A stretch of DNA of 58,306 bases, counting the filler, from Sphacelaria rigidula (Eukaryota): the NCBI GenBank assembly GCA_964200075.2. It is 5 parts of 5 records of this genome, joined end to end, with 100 filler letters (N's around TTAATTAATTAA, not from the genome) between each part and the next. Parts side by side here need not be neighbours in the genome. Positions count along the whole stretch, not along the records: positions 23,365 to 34,945 come from CAXNAA020004752.1; positions 35,046 to 46,626 come from CAXNAA020004753.1; 3 more parts are not named here. One strand, given 5' to 3'. The notes beneath the pieces were generated by a model. It did not search any database, was not told the DNA's origin, and saw only the letters and a program-made list of their open reading frames with translations. The position numbers were made by a program, and so were the translations under genes. This document shows, piece after piece, positions 23,600 through 37,604 of the stretch. Position 1 is the first letter of the stretch. Each line of letters starts with the position of its first letter.

Positions 23600-24155
23600 T
23601 GTAAGGTACGGATATGTTCCCTAGGGTATGAGATTCTCTCCGTAACTCACAGAAATATCGGGTTACGGTATGAAAGTCTAACAGAAATTACAAAACTGTC
23701 AGGTACCGGTTTGAAAGTCTTGCAGGAATCACGTAACTTGTCGGGTAGGATATGGGAGACTTACAGGAAACCGTACCAGCGATCGGGTATTTCTCCACGG
23801 GCACACCCACGCTCCGGGTACGGATATACATTCTGTACAGAAGTCACAGAACTGTAGGGTAAGGGTATGGGAGGCTTACAGAACTCACAGGAACTGTCGG
23901 ATAGGGTATGGAGACTGCACAGAAACCCGTACCCGTGACCGGGTATTTTATCAAGAGCATACCCGTGCACCCGGTAACGGTACGGGAGGCGCACGGGACT
24001 CACAGAACTATCGGGTGATAGTATGGAAGTCTTCTGAAGTGTACAGAACGGTCTGGTAACGATATTCAAGCCTTACTGAAGTCACAGAACTGTTGGATAC
24101 GGTAAATACCGGGGAAAATAGCACGTGAGAATAGAAAACCGTACCCTACAGAACA
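23600..24155. repeat. Degenerate ~40-bp tandem satellite
   Basis: Recurrent cagaactcacagaactgtcgggtagggtatggaagtcttac-like units. Confidence 0.85.
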
Positions 24156-25789
24156 CGAGCTTGGAATGATCAACCGCCGGCTTGCCCGTGTCCATAGTGG
24201 AATGTTCGTTTTTTAGCTTGTCAGCCTGACGGTCCCGCGATTTGTTTTTATATATGATCCATGTATTTGTCTTCATTTGTCACACGTTGAACCCCTCCCC
24301 TTCATCCGGACGAGTCTGTGGTCTCGCCGATTGGGTCAGTAATCCCGCACCACGTCAACTTTCGTGTAATAAACTCATTCAACTACCTTTGGTTGCTCAT
24401 GAACCCCCCCCCTTACCCTAAAAATTCATAGCATAACTCAATCCCGTCATGTGCGTGTACGATCATGTGATGACGGCCGTCTACCACTGCCGCAGCCAAT
24501 ACGCGGGAAAACAGTGTATCCGGGTAGATAGCGATACCACTGTTGCTTTGTATCTGAATATTTGAAACTGGGGTTCATTGTGGACTTGGTTCTGGGGGCA
24601 TTCGCAACCTACACGCTCTTATTTGCTCACCCGACCGGAAAATTGGCCGTGCCCACAGCCGGTGTTTCATCTTGTATCCCCATTCCTCACACACGTCACG
24701 CAGTGAGCAGACACCATGAAGCATGAAACAGAAGTCGTGTTCGCCTTCAACTTTTCACCGTGTCGATAGCTACCTCCTCCAATAACGCCGGCTCAGCGCT
24801 ACTCACTGGGGCCAAGATATCGCGGATATGTGTCTCTTCGGAAGCTCGGATACCAGATGTCGGTATTTGTTCAAGCCTTGAAATCACTTAATATTCTGGC
24901 CGCCTAGACGCGATTGCAGACTCCCCTCCCAGTAAGAAACTCGGCAAGATTCCTCTTCGCACATGCGAGAAGCACTGGTTGAGAGCCGTCATTTGAGGCC
25001 AAATCTGTACCCCTGACCTCCGTAAATAGTGCGACATTTGCTGATGGTGCTTTCGACTTCCCTTCAGATTATAAATTCATCGGCAACTTTGTATCTTAGC
25101 CGTTCAGTGCAAGTGGAACTGTCTCAGTTGGCCACGTGTGGGTGAAGATATCTTCAGCTACATGCACGGTGTTTGTGTGTGCAACACGCGGTCAAAATGG
25201 TCGCTAGAAGCAGCATATTGAGCACGGTAGTGTCGCCGCACATTGCTCTTGCTGGGTATTCCAAGCGCTCTAGGCTTCGTACTGCACTCGTGGTGCGCAA
25301 TTCTATTGCGTGTTGTACTCAGGGCAGTAGTCACATCCTTTTTCAGGTTCTGTCGGTCAGCATTTTGTTCGTGATTGAAAGCCTGCGCAAGACTGTGCAG
25401 TCAGTGTGAGTGTTGGATACGGGCGGTGTACTGAAGCTAAACTCCTGCGCATGGGAAGAACTCACGACACAAACCGTCGAGTCTGCGGTCAGTTGTAGTG
25501 GTTGAATAGCGATTTGTCCGTACGTTCTTCGCCTGTGCAGCCTGTACTGGTCCGCAGATATTCAGAGTCAGTGCGATATCGCTTGCAGCATTTCAGCCTC
25601 TCTGCTCAGCTCGAGAGCCATCACGAGCGAGCGATTTTCAGCTCTCAAAGGCACTTCTTCGCGCGTTCCAACGGATATTTCCATTCCCCTTTGATATGGA
25701 GTCGTCGCCTTTGGCCAGTTTGGGGTGGGGAGGCTGCGTGATAGAGTTGTACATGCACATACTCAGACTGAACAGACCGTGTGTTATAG

Positions 25790-28500
25790 AGCTTCACCTT
25801 GTACGGGCTGTAGCCTAGCTTGACCGAAAGTCGTAGGAAAAGACTGAACACCTTCGCCAACTGTTTTGCTCTGCGCGGTACGAATGGCATCTAACGAGGG
25901 CAGCGAATCGTCGGCATCACACGGGCTGTACATGGTAACAGAACGAATAGGCGCGGTAGAAACCTTCACCAAGCGAGACAACAAATCTACCCAAAAAATG
26001 CGCTCTCCAGGAATGTGTTCACTGACATACCGATATTATTGTTGGGCTCCCAGCAACTCCCGCATGTCTTTTTTGCTTGGCATCACCTCCAGAGACGGTT
26101 CCACTTACGCGTTCACCGCCTGATACTCGCTGACCAAACCGACTATGCCCCCCTTCGGCACCGCCATCGCCGTACTCGCCTACACAGCCTGAAGATTCCT
26201 AACCAACAGACCAAATGCCACCAAAAATACGATGCATGAAGCAAGCCACACGGTCTTCACCGGATCGCAGCGGCGAGGCTTGGCCCTCACTGCCTCCTTC
26301 ATTGGCTCCACACGCGCTGGCCGATCACCACGCAGCACACGACGAAATGTATCCACGCGACGAGCCAAATTATTGCGCAGACAATGTGCGCCATGGACGC
26401 TCAGGCCCCTCTGCTCGACCTGCTGCACGCTATCCTCAAGCGCACGTTCTTTCGCACCTCTCTCCTCCGCTGGGCCCATAAACATGTTCAGTCCCCGATC
26501 GACCATGCGCTCCACCGCTTCATCCGCAGGAGCCTCCTCCTCATTTTCGCTCTGGAATGATCGTATGGATACGATCACACGCCTTGCAGCAAGGTATCTG
26601 GGATTTTCCACGCCGGTTTGCACCGGCACAGCACGCGGGCGTAACTCATCCAACGCCAGCGGGTACAGATCCATCCCGAGCTCCTTCATCGTCGCCATCC
26701 CAAATAGAACCACGTTGTTCCTACCGAGCATGACAGCGGAAGTAATGGGCTGCAACTCCACAGCCCCCCACGGCATACGCACGCTAACAGTAATTGATAC
26801 CGTTTTGTGTGGAACCGTCACGGGAGCACCCGTGGCAGGTCTGCGCCGTTTACGGCTCGTTTTCGAACGGAATCTGAAGCTGAGCGCCGCCAAACTGCGA
26901 AGACATGTGTTCTAGCAACCCCACACCGATCGACGTGAGCGTGGACCCAGAATCCAGAATAACGTGGGCCATGAACGAACCTACAAAACCAGGCGAGGCT
27001 AAATCTGCGCGTAAGTATTCAGCCTTGCGATCGACAGGTACTACGCCTGCCGAAGAACCCTGTTCTGTCCCAAGAGTCACCTGACGCCAGGGCTGCCCTC
27101 CAGCACTTGGCATCGATAGCTGCGAATCGTCGGTCCAACTAGACCAAGTCGCCGAATAGGCAGACGGCGCTGTTACAGCCGTCGCAGCAGTAGGAGACGC
27201 ACCAGACACGGGTCCTGCCTGGCCGAGGGGTTGCGAGCTATTCGCTCCAGCACTCCCCGCCGAAGTATTTGCATTTCCCACGTACACTGTCCGCCCCGCT
27301 ACGGGCGAACCATAAGATCCAGAGTCACCAGCTGATGACGTGGTGGAAGCAACAGCAGCGGAGAAACCATCATCCGCCGCCGATTGCTTGCTACTGCGGC
27401 CGCCGCGCCCGCGTCCCTGCTTGGCACGGCCCGCCCACCGTGACCACCGCCCCGAGATCCTGATGAATCTCGCGCATTGCCCTGTGCAGCGCCTGGATCA
27501 CGAGGCTTGGGGCAGTCCTTGATCACATGTCCGGTGTCGCCGCAGTTGTAACACGCGCGAGTGGACGGCGCTCGCAAAGACGGGTACTGTTGCTGTTGCT
27601 GTTTGCAGCGCATACCACCTGCACTTGTTGCAGAATCGCGCCGGCTATGTGCTTCCATGAACTTCCACTGGTCGGCCGCCTCGAATATTTTTTTTAGTTC
27701 CACCGTCGGCTTTTTTTTCCAGCCGTCAACATACGTTAGTACACTTCTAACATACGCCTTGCATTTCGGGGGCGAAATCCCGTCCACCAAAGCTATGGAA
27801 ACCGACTTGGCCGGGCCTGGCAACCAACTCCTATCCTCCGCACGGTACATGGCTTGCACCGTCAGGTCTCTGAGGAAAACCTTTCCATAGCTGAACTGAC
27901 CATCATCGCACGGTCCTCGACATATTTCACACCGCTGCGTGGCATGATAAGAACTCTACGCAGGTCTGCTGCAGCCCGCGCAGCGTCATGCTTTCCGCCA
28001 GTTGTGGTACACCCGGCATGCTGCTTCACAGCATCAAGCAATTCATCGGGGGTCATAGCCCGACGGTCCTTGTACATATCTTCGAAGCACCGGTGAATAT
28101 AGGTGGGAATAAGTTCACGTATGGTCACCCTTATGCCTTGCGATTCCCTGTGAATTCGCGAGACTCCAACGCTGTATGTGTTCAAGATATGCTGCGAAAA
28201 ACCGCGTGATGCCTCCTCTGTCCACACTTCGCCATACTCCGGCGGTTCTAGTGGCTTACCCAACACCAGCGACGCTGCCGCCGCTTGAGCCATGTCGTCC
28301 ATGCTTCAAACACTTCACGGAGAGACTCTTGCCTGACTTGTGCGTCCTCCAGCTGACGGAGCGTCCCCCAGTACTGCGCGCTTTAAGCTGGTCTCCTCCT
28401 GTCTGCGTGCTAAACTGGCTATCAGCTGCAGCCTACCCTCTCCTCAGCCAAACTCCTCTAACATAGTGCCGGAAAAATGATATCTAGATATTATAGCCTC
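25790..28500 (-). mobile_element. Degenerate Ty3/gypsy gag-pol (Gag CCHC, protease, RT start fused to RNase H end)
   Basis: Zinc knuckle CYNCGDTGHVIKDC (~27513-27554) and aspartic protease VILDSGS (~26943-26963). The RT N-terminus (VRAKPRRCDP...AMAVPKG...LVSEYQAVNA) is joined near 26040 to the RNase H end YRYVSEHIPGERIFWVDLLSRL. Frameshifts and stops are present. Confidence 0.9.
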
Positions 28501-31500
28501 TGCCAGACGACAGGAGGACTATCCACGAGGGACTCCTCCAGTAGCACTGGCCTCGTGCTCGACAAATTACTTCTTCTCACTTGTTATTATTCCGGAGTGA
28601 TCCAGAAGCAGACCGCATCATGAGCCAGACAGCAATGGGCCACACAGATAAGGGCCATCAATCCAGGATCCCCTGTCCCCTGCCACTGCTCCAATCTTGC
28701 ATGCGATTATACCGAAACCTACGGCTTGGTATTTGGCTACAGGCCTCAGCTTCATGCAGGTCTTCTGCAGACCTTCCTGTCGACGTGCCGAACCTCACCA
28801 GAAGTAGCCGTAAGACCAAACAAGCTGTTCATTTTTGCTAATTCGGACCACCTTTGTCCACGTTGATGCCGTAAGACCCCAACAGCACCGTCCGCAAGGG
28901 CCTAAAAATCGTCGTTCGGCGGTGATGCTCACCTCCGTCGTTTGACGCCGATAAGGCTCTGTTTCCGAAAGGAATTTTTGACAGCCTTTGTGTGCTCTCT
29001 GGAGACCCTGTGCAAGTTCTTTTTTCTGCTGTAGTAGTCATTACATGCAGCGCTTTCAACGTGTGTCCGGACAACCCTTCTGTTGAAATCCGCAGCGTCC
29101 CTGCTGATTTGTTCGGGTTCTTCCCACCCACCGTGTTTTATCAGGCGCGGCAATCAGCCCTGTTATACCGGATAGTTGGCTTCTCCACATGACGGTTCAC
29201 ACGATGTCTTTCTTACGCAGAGGGAGCACTATACCATCAGATATCCTTGCTGGCATGCATGTGCTGTTCGCTGAAAAGTGAGAGAAAAAAAGCGGCGGAA
29301 TTTCGCGCTTGGTACATTTTTCAGTATAACTTTCAAAACTACGAATCTTGCAAATATCTGATGCTAACTACTGTAAGTAAAGTTAGCTCTGGCATGGTTG
29401 TCCAACTTCTTTCGATTCGCTTCCGTTTCGCATGGATGAAATCTCGCCATACCTGCTGTAGTGGATATCCCAATGTCTACATATCCTGTGCATATTGTTT
29501 TCGTTATTCCACCAGCAGACGACGTAGCGCAGGAGAGCTTCGCATTTAGTGCCAGCAGAGCCGTAGTTTAGACGTTGTTGACTACCCACAGTTCGAGTGA
29601 GATCTGGGGACGCTGCTTCCAATAAGTTTCAGGCTTCAAATATGGTGTTAGGTTGACGAGGTTTACATGATATCGTCGAATCTTTTGCAATAGGAGGTTC
29701 ATCCCAACATTATGCACGGCGCCCTGGGGACGCAGGAAGCATCGTCAGTGGTGCGAATAGGGGGCGTGTTAGCCCCCCGACGAGTGTCTGAGCTGTTCGA
29801 CAACATTTCCCCGACCATAGCTCATCTCTTCTTCTGTTTTTCTGAAATGTGCTCACTCAATTTTTGACTGCGCCGTTTTGATGGGACGTGCTGAGTGAAA
29901 GCTACGCCCTCTCTATTCTGAAGCCGTAGATGTCTGCTTAGCCGTTGACAGAGAGGGAGCCATAACCTGTTTTATAGAAATCATTTCAAAGCGTACCCTG
30001 AAAATCTCAAAATTCAGTCATCTTCCGCGCTAAGATGTGAGCGCATGCCGTGCCGTGACAAGGAGGTTATAGGCCCCAACATTGGGATATGAAGCAGATA
30101 ACGCACAAAAACTCGCACGAATCGCACACGTCGCCGAGGAGCGTTGGTTAATCAAAGTCGACACCTCGCAAGAGGCTCGCGCCCAACCCACCCGGCCTGA
30201 ATGCAACCAAATGAAGGAAGCCATATACGAAAGGGGGCTCGGGGAAACGTTGGACGATACGATCGAGCCGGAGTAACTTTGTGTCGCTACGTGCGTGTGT
30301 CGCTATGTAATGCACTCCGAGAACTTCTCATGAAAAAAACGATTCCGTTTGTAATTCCAGCGGCACAGAGCACCTATGCAGGAAGGCCTGGCTGTGCACA
30401 CCATTAGACGACACCGTCGTAACCCTGTTTTGCTCTCATGTAAGTTATGTTGAGTCTGTCGGTACCACTGCGTTGAGGCGTGCCGTCAGTACAGCACCTA
30501 TCCGCTACAAGACTCGACTTACTTCTTTATTGAGATACCGTAGTAGTGTAGCAAGTAACACCCGTCGGGTGCATCGGATGTTGCATGGTCATACATTTCA
30601 CTTGAAATATGTATACAAGATCCAGATGCCGCACGCTGCCGGTCCAATGCTTCCTTCAGTTCGATGCCGGTAGGATGGTGCCATGCTCTCCCGACGCTTG
30701 GTATAGTGTTGCGCCTGCTGATACTCATTAACGAAGGTAAGAAACACAGGGGGAAGGAGGAAAGGGAAACAACTCATGTTATGGAACTGTACAACGTTGT
30801 ACAACACTCGGGCACTAACGGCACAAAAGTGTTGGGCTCCAGAAACTGTGCGGGCTAGGTACACCTCCACACCCCTGACAGCATGAGCTCACACCTCTCA
30901 TGTCCAGGTAAGTGCCTGTAACCCTTTGACCGCCGGGGTGGACATCCTTGGTCTCACGATCAATATTCAAGTAGAGATAATGCTGGTTCAGCAGAAGACA
31001 CAGACAGGACCCCACGACTCTCCGAGACACCGGCTGTCTGAACATGAAAGGAGATCATGTTACCACTTGTTAGGGAGGCTCTTCAAGGAATGATTTTGAG
31101 ATAACCCTGAACCTGACCCTAAATCTTCTCGGACGAAAACACACGAAAACTCTCGGACAAGAAGACTGCAAAGTATTTCGTAGTAAACGTGTAATGGTAA
31201 TTGACCTCAATTACCTCATATCGGTGCCGATGTCGACAAGCACATATTCCTACGCACGCTGGGAGCACTTGGCCGCTGTACGCCCCTCCAAAGATCCGAA
31301 TCTCACTGTTCACATTCAAATCGAGTCAAAAGATTCTGTACACGTGTCATTCTACCGAGTGATATTTACCGAATTGAGCATATTACAGGTGGCCGCAACG
31401 TTACGCGGGGAGGGCTTTCTTTTTGCACAAAGATTGCTCAAACGATAGCCACATGTGGTTGTACTGGCGGGGCGCACTTGTATCACATCAGCCCACGAAC

Positions 31501-31973
31501 CGTTGTGGTCTGCCTCTTTGTGCAGCAAGCAGAGCTGCAGCCTCGTGTTGGACAAGATATGCACGCAGAGGAACACAAAATTGAAAAATCAATGAAAGCT
31601 GCCGAACTGCTTCTTTTTTTTGTCTCCATATGCCACAAACCCCTAGACTCTCCCATCAACGGATTGTCTGAACTTGTGGACATTACGAATGTAATAAGCA
31701 CATTTTGTGTTTGGCGCAGGAATCGTGCAAACGATAGAGACACACGATTGCGCAGGCAGGGCACACCTCGATCGCGGCACGCGTCGATGTCCGCTGCGTC
31801 TGTCTGCACCGAAAGTCGACACCATCTCCTATTCTTACTAACTCCCCACGCCACACCACATGATGCCTTGTGCCGCTTGGATGCCCACATCTGGCATCGG
31901 CATCATTTTCGCTTGAGAAGTCTGGAAATGCCGCCGATTCAACTAATGATGCCTCAGTGCGCTCTTTCGGGTA

Positions 31974-32040
31974 AAAACACTATTTCGGCCCACATGAAAA
32001 CACTATATCGGCTCAAATAAAAACACTATATCGGCTCAGA
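31974..32040. repeat. 3 x ~23-bp tandem repeat
   Basis: aaaacactat(t/a)tcggc(c/t)ca occurs three times. Confidence 0.85.
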
Positions 32041-34945
32041 AACGCCTACGGAGCGAATGTACGGACGTACAAAAAGCGTTTTACGTCGCTTCTGCGGTCG
32101 TATTGTAAACGACTGGGCGAATCGTCTGCTTCGGACTGGCCAGCTTGACCGTTCTATTATGAAGGGCCGGGACACATTTTCATTTTCCTCGTTCAATTTC
32201 TTGTGAGCGATTCGCACCCCAAAGAGTGAAACAGAACATGCCCCATGCGTTAGTTCTTCCCCGAGTTGGGAAGGGCCCTTGATATTTGCCGAGTGCTGAG
32301 TTTGACCGCTTGGCCACAATCGTGCTTCCCTCTGACTTCTTTTTTATTCGCTTTAAGTTACCTTACCTGAGGAGGTAAACCTGTTTTGAATCCAGTGCGA
32401 CACTGTGCGATCAGTGTTGGACGCGGGCTATGCACCAGGGCTAAGTCAAGTATGCTGGCGTCCCGGTTTTCGTGACGCTGTCCACGTGCTGCCACATCGT
32501 TGAAATTGCGGTGTGCATGGTATCCGGCAAAACCTTTCGCAATAGATTCCCCCGGTCGGTACATCACATGCACACCTTTCTGTTTTCAGGATACTCCGTA
32601 ACGCTGGAGGTTTCTGCATTGTTCACAACTTGGAGGTTTAGGCACACATTTCATTCACCACAGGCAATTCGCGTCGACTTTCACGCCAATTATGTTCGAG
32701 GCGTTGTTGGATTGCCTGTTTGACTGACGGAATTCGTAGGCACCGACCGAATCTTTTGCAACATAGCTCTGAGGATTCCACGGCTACGCGCGCTAGTACG
32801 TGCGGTAGGAAGCGGTGTACTATGAGAGCAGCAGCCTCAGTCAACACCGCGGAGCTGGTCCGTGCAGGGGGATTGTCAACAGCGATTCAGCGATAGCCTT
32901 CGACTTTCCTCGTTCCAGGTCACCTTATTTCGCTCCAAAACTGTCGCTCCTACGTTTCAGCCTGGTCCGGCGAAACCCCGGCGTGCTCCGTCCCGGCTTT
33001 GTAGGGGTGGACCCCCTATGGGGTTGGCGTCGGTTTGCGATGACACTCTGAAGCACCTAGCTCACTGCGTGAGCTAGGCAACCCGGTTATCGATTCGTTT
33101 CGCGGGCTTGCGTTGTTTTTTTGCGGTAACCATGATTGTGGTCGAGCTAGATCATCTTTTGCGGGGTGCCAGAACCTCAACTCCATGAGCTAGATCATAT
33201 TGTTCGCGAATTAAACGATCGTACTGCGTCATGCTTGAATGGTGAGACACCCATGAGGCAGTGTATAAGCTGCGGCTGTCTCTAAAAGTGGCTTTTACAG
33301 AAAATAAAGTACCTCGCTGGGGGCTGTCATCCAAATGCGAGATAATCAGTACGTTTCGGGCCTAACAGTCTTCCCAGGATGCAGCTCATCCTTCATGCGA
33401 CTTGCCGAGCGCACCACAGCGCTTAGCTCTTGGTGATTGGTTGCGAGCCTTGTCCGTCGAAAAGCCGGCATGCTCCGTACTGGCTATGTAGCGATGCGAG
33501 AGCACTGGTCTTCTGACTATGGCATGCAAGATCATGGGTACGCCCCCCATGTGCACTGACTTGAATCTGACTTATTTGATGTATTGCGTATCGCATATTA
33601 ACCGATCCCCTAGAGATCCAGCCGTGGTTATATGATGGACTTTCCGAATGGAATAAAGCGGGGACGCTCGCTGCTGTAAAAAACAAGCAGAGCGGTAGAG
33701 CAAACAACAGAGTTGACTGAGATACAAGTTGAACAAGAGAAGCTAGAAATTGCCGGCCTCTGCAATATAGCTTGGAGGGAAAAGGTCTTTCGCAAAAGGT
33801 ATATACCCATACCCAATCGAAAAGCAGAACGCCGTTGGAACAGATTGTGGCTCACCCATTCCGACAGCACTATTTTGGATATGAAGCTATCATCTATGAA
33901 CCCTACCGAAGAAAGGCGCCAAACTTCTTGTATATACTGGGAGTAAAAAACGCAAGAAAAGGGGGAAAATGGGAGAGAGACACACAGAACAGAGAAGGAG
34001 ACTAGTGGAACTCGATAGGAGTAAGTACAGCAGGTAGAAACACGCACCAGGGCACACCATTAGACCACTGACCAAGGACAAAATCAACAACCGACGGGGA
34101 AAGATAGCGGTACATGAGTTTCCCATGTGGGCCCAGCTATTGACATTTGTCCCTGATCGGGTACAAGGCGGACTATTTTCTCGGTCATGTCCATCTTGGA
34201 CTCCTCACGAGCTGTTGCCGTTGTTACGCTAGAGAGGGCAGTTCTCCGATTGGCGGCTCTCGACGAGCAGCCTGTCGATTTTGACGGCGGTCCGATTCTC
34301 GTTTGTTTTCGCGTCGATACGTGTCTTCAAACTCTTCCGCCCCTCCTTGACTCCAAGGTGCCATTCGCCGATGTTCTTCGCCGCACTGTGTCTCAATCGA
34401 GTGCGTCGTTGACCGCTACACGTATTTCTGTAGCATTCCTTTGCGTGAAGAAGCCCCTTGTGCACGTGGCTTCTCCTGGAGGTATTCACCTTAGCAGAGG
34501 TATCTCCAACTAGGTTCCCGGTTTCCTGGTTTGTTTCGTTCTATGTTTTCAAATGAAAGGGATGGCGATTCACCAGATGATGAGACCCTTTGACCGCCAG
34601 GTCAGGTCCTCGTACGGATCGCCATCACTTTCGCTTTACAAAAAAAATCCAAAACTCAGAACCAGCGAATGAAACCAGGAGTCCGGGAACAGAGTTTGAG
34701 ATACCTCCAGTGAGTGGTGAGGTACGGTACGGTATAGAGTGGCGATGTATTCCAAGGGCAGATCGAGGAGAGTACGTACTTTGGCGTCTCTCCTCCTTGC
34801 CCATGTTACGGAAGCGGTTTTATCATCATAGTCATTGAAGATGATCACGTGAGATGTTCACTTTTTCCGTATTCTTCACGGATGATCATGTAACCCTCGT
34901 GTCGGGTTTGAAAGATGGTCAGCTGAGAGCATGCCGTGCAGGTAA

Positions 34946-35045
34946 NNNNNNNNNNNNNNNNNNNNNNNNNNNNNNNNNNNNNNNNNNNNTTAATTAATTA
35001 ANNNNNNNNNNNNNNNNNNNNNNNNNNNNNNNNNNNNNNNNNNNN
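34946..35045. other. Artificial contig-joining spacer
   Basis: 44N-TTAATTAATTAA-44N. Confidence 0.99.
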
Positions 35046-35199
35046 CCCGCGGGCTTCGTCCCGGCTTTGTGGGGATACGAGGCCAATCCCCCTACGATCA
35101 AGGCATGCCAGACAATGGGTTCCCCCCCCCCCCCCCGTACAAAAGCACAATATTAATACATAAATGCAATAAAGACCTGAATACAAAAAGCCTCCTCAC

Positions 35200-35458
35200 C
35201 TCATCTGGTAAAACCGGCGCCGAAGCACCCGGCATCGCATGATGTCGCCCCCTCGCCCTACCTACTGGAGCCGACCACCCTCCCGCGCCCCCGGAAGCGG
35301 CGCTGCCGCGCCCACTACCGCCCGGTGCCAGCGGCGCCATCGCGCCTGGCTTGGGCGGCTCAAACGCCGACGCAAACCGGGCCAATTGTGCCCATGTCGG
35401 CAACGCCGTTTGGGCGGGAGCAAGGTCTTTCAGCCCCGGTGCTGCTCGGAATAGTACG
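35200..35458 (-). CDS. USP10: USP10/UBP24-like ubiquitin-specific protease, exon 4 (gene runs off the contig)
   Basis: Acceptor tctcacag|C completes the CG codon of exon 3; VLFRAAPGLKDLAPAQTALPTWAQLARFASAF...VLPDE; donor GAG|gtgagg. Confidence 0.75.
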
Positions 35459-36119
35459 CTGTGAGATGGATTAGACAAGTGCGTGGTGTTTTTTGGGGGG
35501 TTTTGGTTGGAGCGGGAAAACGAGCGCGGGTGGACGGAGAGACGAGAGGAACGCGGGGTCGGTGCAATTATCAATCTTCACGGGTGGCCGCGGGATCGTC
35601 GTGGGCCTTCGCCGTGACAATCAAACTTTGATCATTTCGTGACGGTACATGTTAGGTACGGAGGTGGAAAGTCGTGTGCAGCACACGTGATGCATTCGGC
35701 TGTTTCTTCCTCGCCCTACCTCCCAACCATTCTCCTTCCTCGGGACAAGTCACAACTCGTAATCGCAAGGCGTCACTGGATTTCTCTTTTTTCTCTCCGG
35801 TACAGTATGCCTCTCACATATTGGTATCGCGTATTGGATACATACTCCCCCACCGCGTCCGTGGCGCGTCGAATTTTGCAAGGTAGTGTTTTGTAGGGTA
35901 TAACGTCTGAACTTCGGGTATTTGCACAAGTATAAAATAGTTATACCATCGATTATTACTCTACCGAACCTCGCCGGATTGTTCGGTACACATTTCGGTA
36001 TGGTTTCCTTTAGTACGCCAATCAAAATCCCCCACTTCCGGGTATACCCCATCTAAATAAAACACGACCTCGGAATTTTGTTTGTCGAAGTCACGCCTCT
36101 ACGTGTCATCAAGGGAAGG

Positions 36120-36230
36120 AAAAAAAAAACGCTGGAACGAAAAGAAAATGAATCACGTCAGGATTCGAACCCTGACCCTTCCTCCTTGACCAGTTCAAGA
36201 TGCACTACACTTGAACAACCGGGTCGCGGC
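36120..36230 (-). mobile_element. tRNA-derived SINE head in the USP intron
   Basis: The minus strand has a hairpin gtcagg-gttcgaat-cctgac with a B box, followed by a T-rich tract. No complete cloverleaf. Confidence 0.5.
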
Positions 36231-36750
36231 GGCTAACGAGCTGGTGGTAACGTGGAGGCGTGGTTGACACTCGGCTGATGTTTACATAAACGCTCCAGAG
36301 GGCTTCACCTTAGCAGGGTCGAGCCCTTTCCTCCTCAATCATATCTTCTTCTGCGTGCCTCTCTTTCTCGGTCCCAATACACATATGTAAGCGCGTGGGT
36401 GTGCCTATCCCTCTCTTTACTCTTGTCTCTCCTGCATCTCTCTCGGCACTTGACAAAGTGAACATGCCACTGTCTACAGAACACGGGTCGCCACAAGGTT
36501 AAGTTTGGAGCAGTACTTTGAGGTGGTGCACACTACAACGCCCATGCCGTGGAGAAGAACGTCATGTGCATGTGCACGTAGCACGCCCTTAATTCACCTT
36601 GACCAATCATAGAATCACAACGCCGAAATATGCTGAATGGACTTTGGCAAACATGGACGTTGTCGTGCGGTATGCACCTCGAAAGAGTACTGTACCACGC
36701 TCACCACGTCCCCAAACACACACACACACACACGCTTGCCGAAGACTTAC

Positions 36751-37604
36751 CGTGTAAATGGGTCGCACGCCAACAAAGCCTGCAACACCACGCTCCGGAA
36801 GCAACTGTTCCCCGTGTTCACCAGACCGCGATGTACCAACTCCAAGCCCGCCTGCCCTCCGAGTCCCGCCGCAGCAGCACTCAACGCCGCGTCCTCTCTC
36901 CCCAACAACACCAACAACGATTGCCACTTCTTCTCCGCCAACGCCTCGGCCTCCGCCGCCGCTAGAGCTTCCGCCGCTGCCGCAGCTTCCGCGTCTTTTT
37001 TCGCTTTCGCAGCGGCTTCCTCTTCTTGCCTCACCTTACCGACTTCGTCTGCAGTTTCTCCACCGTCTTGGACGCCGACCGCTGCCGCTGCTGTTGATGC
37101 CATCGACGGCGCCACAGTGTTCGCCTTCTTTCCTTCGCCGGTATCCGAAACAGACGACGACGGCGCAATATATGCCATCCCATCATTGCCGCCCCCGCTT
37201 CCGGTACCACTACCGCTACTGCTACTCGTCCCGTTTTGTGCCTCCCCTGCTACACCACCAGTACTACTACTCGCGACAACAGCAGCGGGAGAAGAGACAG
37301 CAGCTACCCCACCACCCGCGGCCGCTGATTCTACACCCTTTCCGTCTACCCCACCCCCCGCCGGCGTTATTCTAGCCCCTCCGGCCGGGTCGGTCGGCTG
37401 TGCTCGTATTCTGGCTGGTCCTGCGTTTGCAATTCCGTTTGCTAAAGCAGCGCCAGCGGCGGCGGCGGATGTTGCACTTCTGTCTGTTACAGCTACGCTT
37501 GGCGGGTTAGCTGGTCGTGAGCCTCCCCCAGCCGGCGGCGCCACGGCGGGTTTGGCGGGTCCGGCAGCAATTGCTGCCCATGACATTGGTCGCGGTGGTG
37601 GCCG
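36751..37604 (-). CDS. USP10: USP10/UBP24-like ubiquitin-specific protease (C19), exon 3 with catalytic Cys box
   Basis: Acceptor atcgcag|CGG (phase 0); SWAAIAAG motif; Ala/Gly/Ser-rich linker; Cys box RGLVNTGNSCFRSVVLQALLACDPF; donor CG|gtaagt. Confidence 0.88.

Noticed and set aside
26232..26915. 227-aa plus-strand ORF
   Set aside because: It is the antisense shadow of the gypsy pol region.
28600..34945. Many short ORFs that could be endogenous giant-virus relics
   Set aside because: No recognisable viral or cellular motif and no long ORF. This cannot be supported without a search.
36120..36230. Genuine tRNA genes at B-box-like motifs (also ~1720, ~20050, ~56665, ~58040)
   Set aside because: No acceptor stem or complete cloverleaf could be built. 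They are better explained as SINE heads or chance matches.
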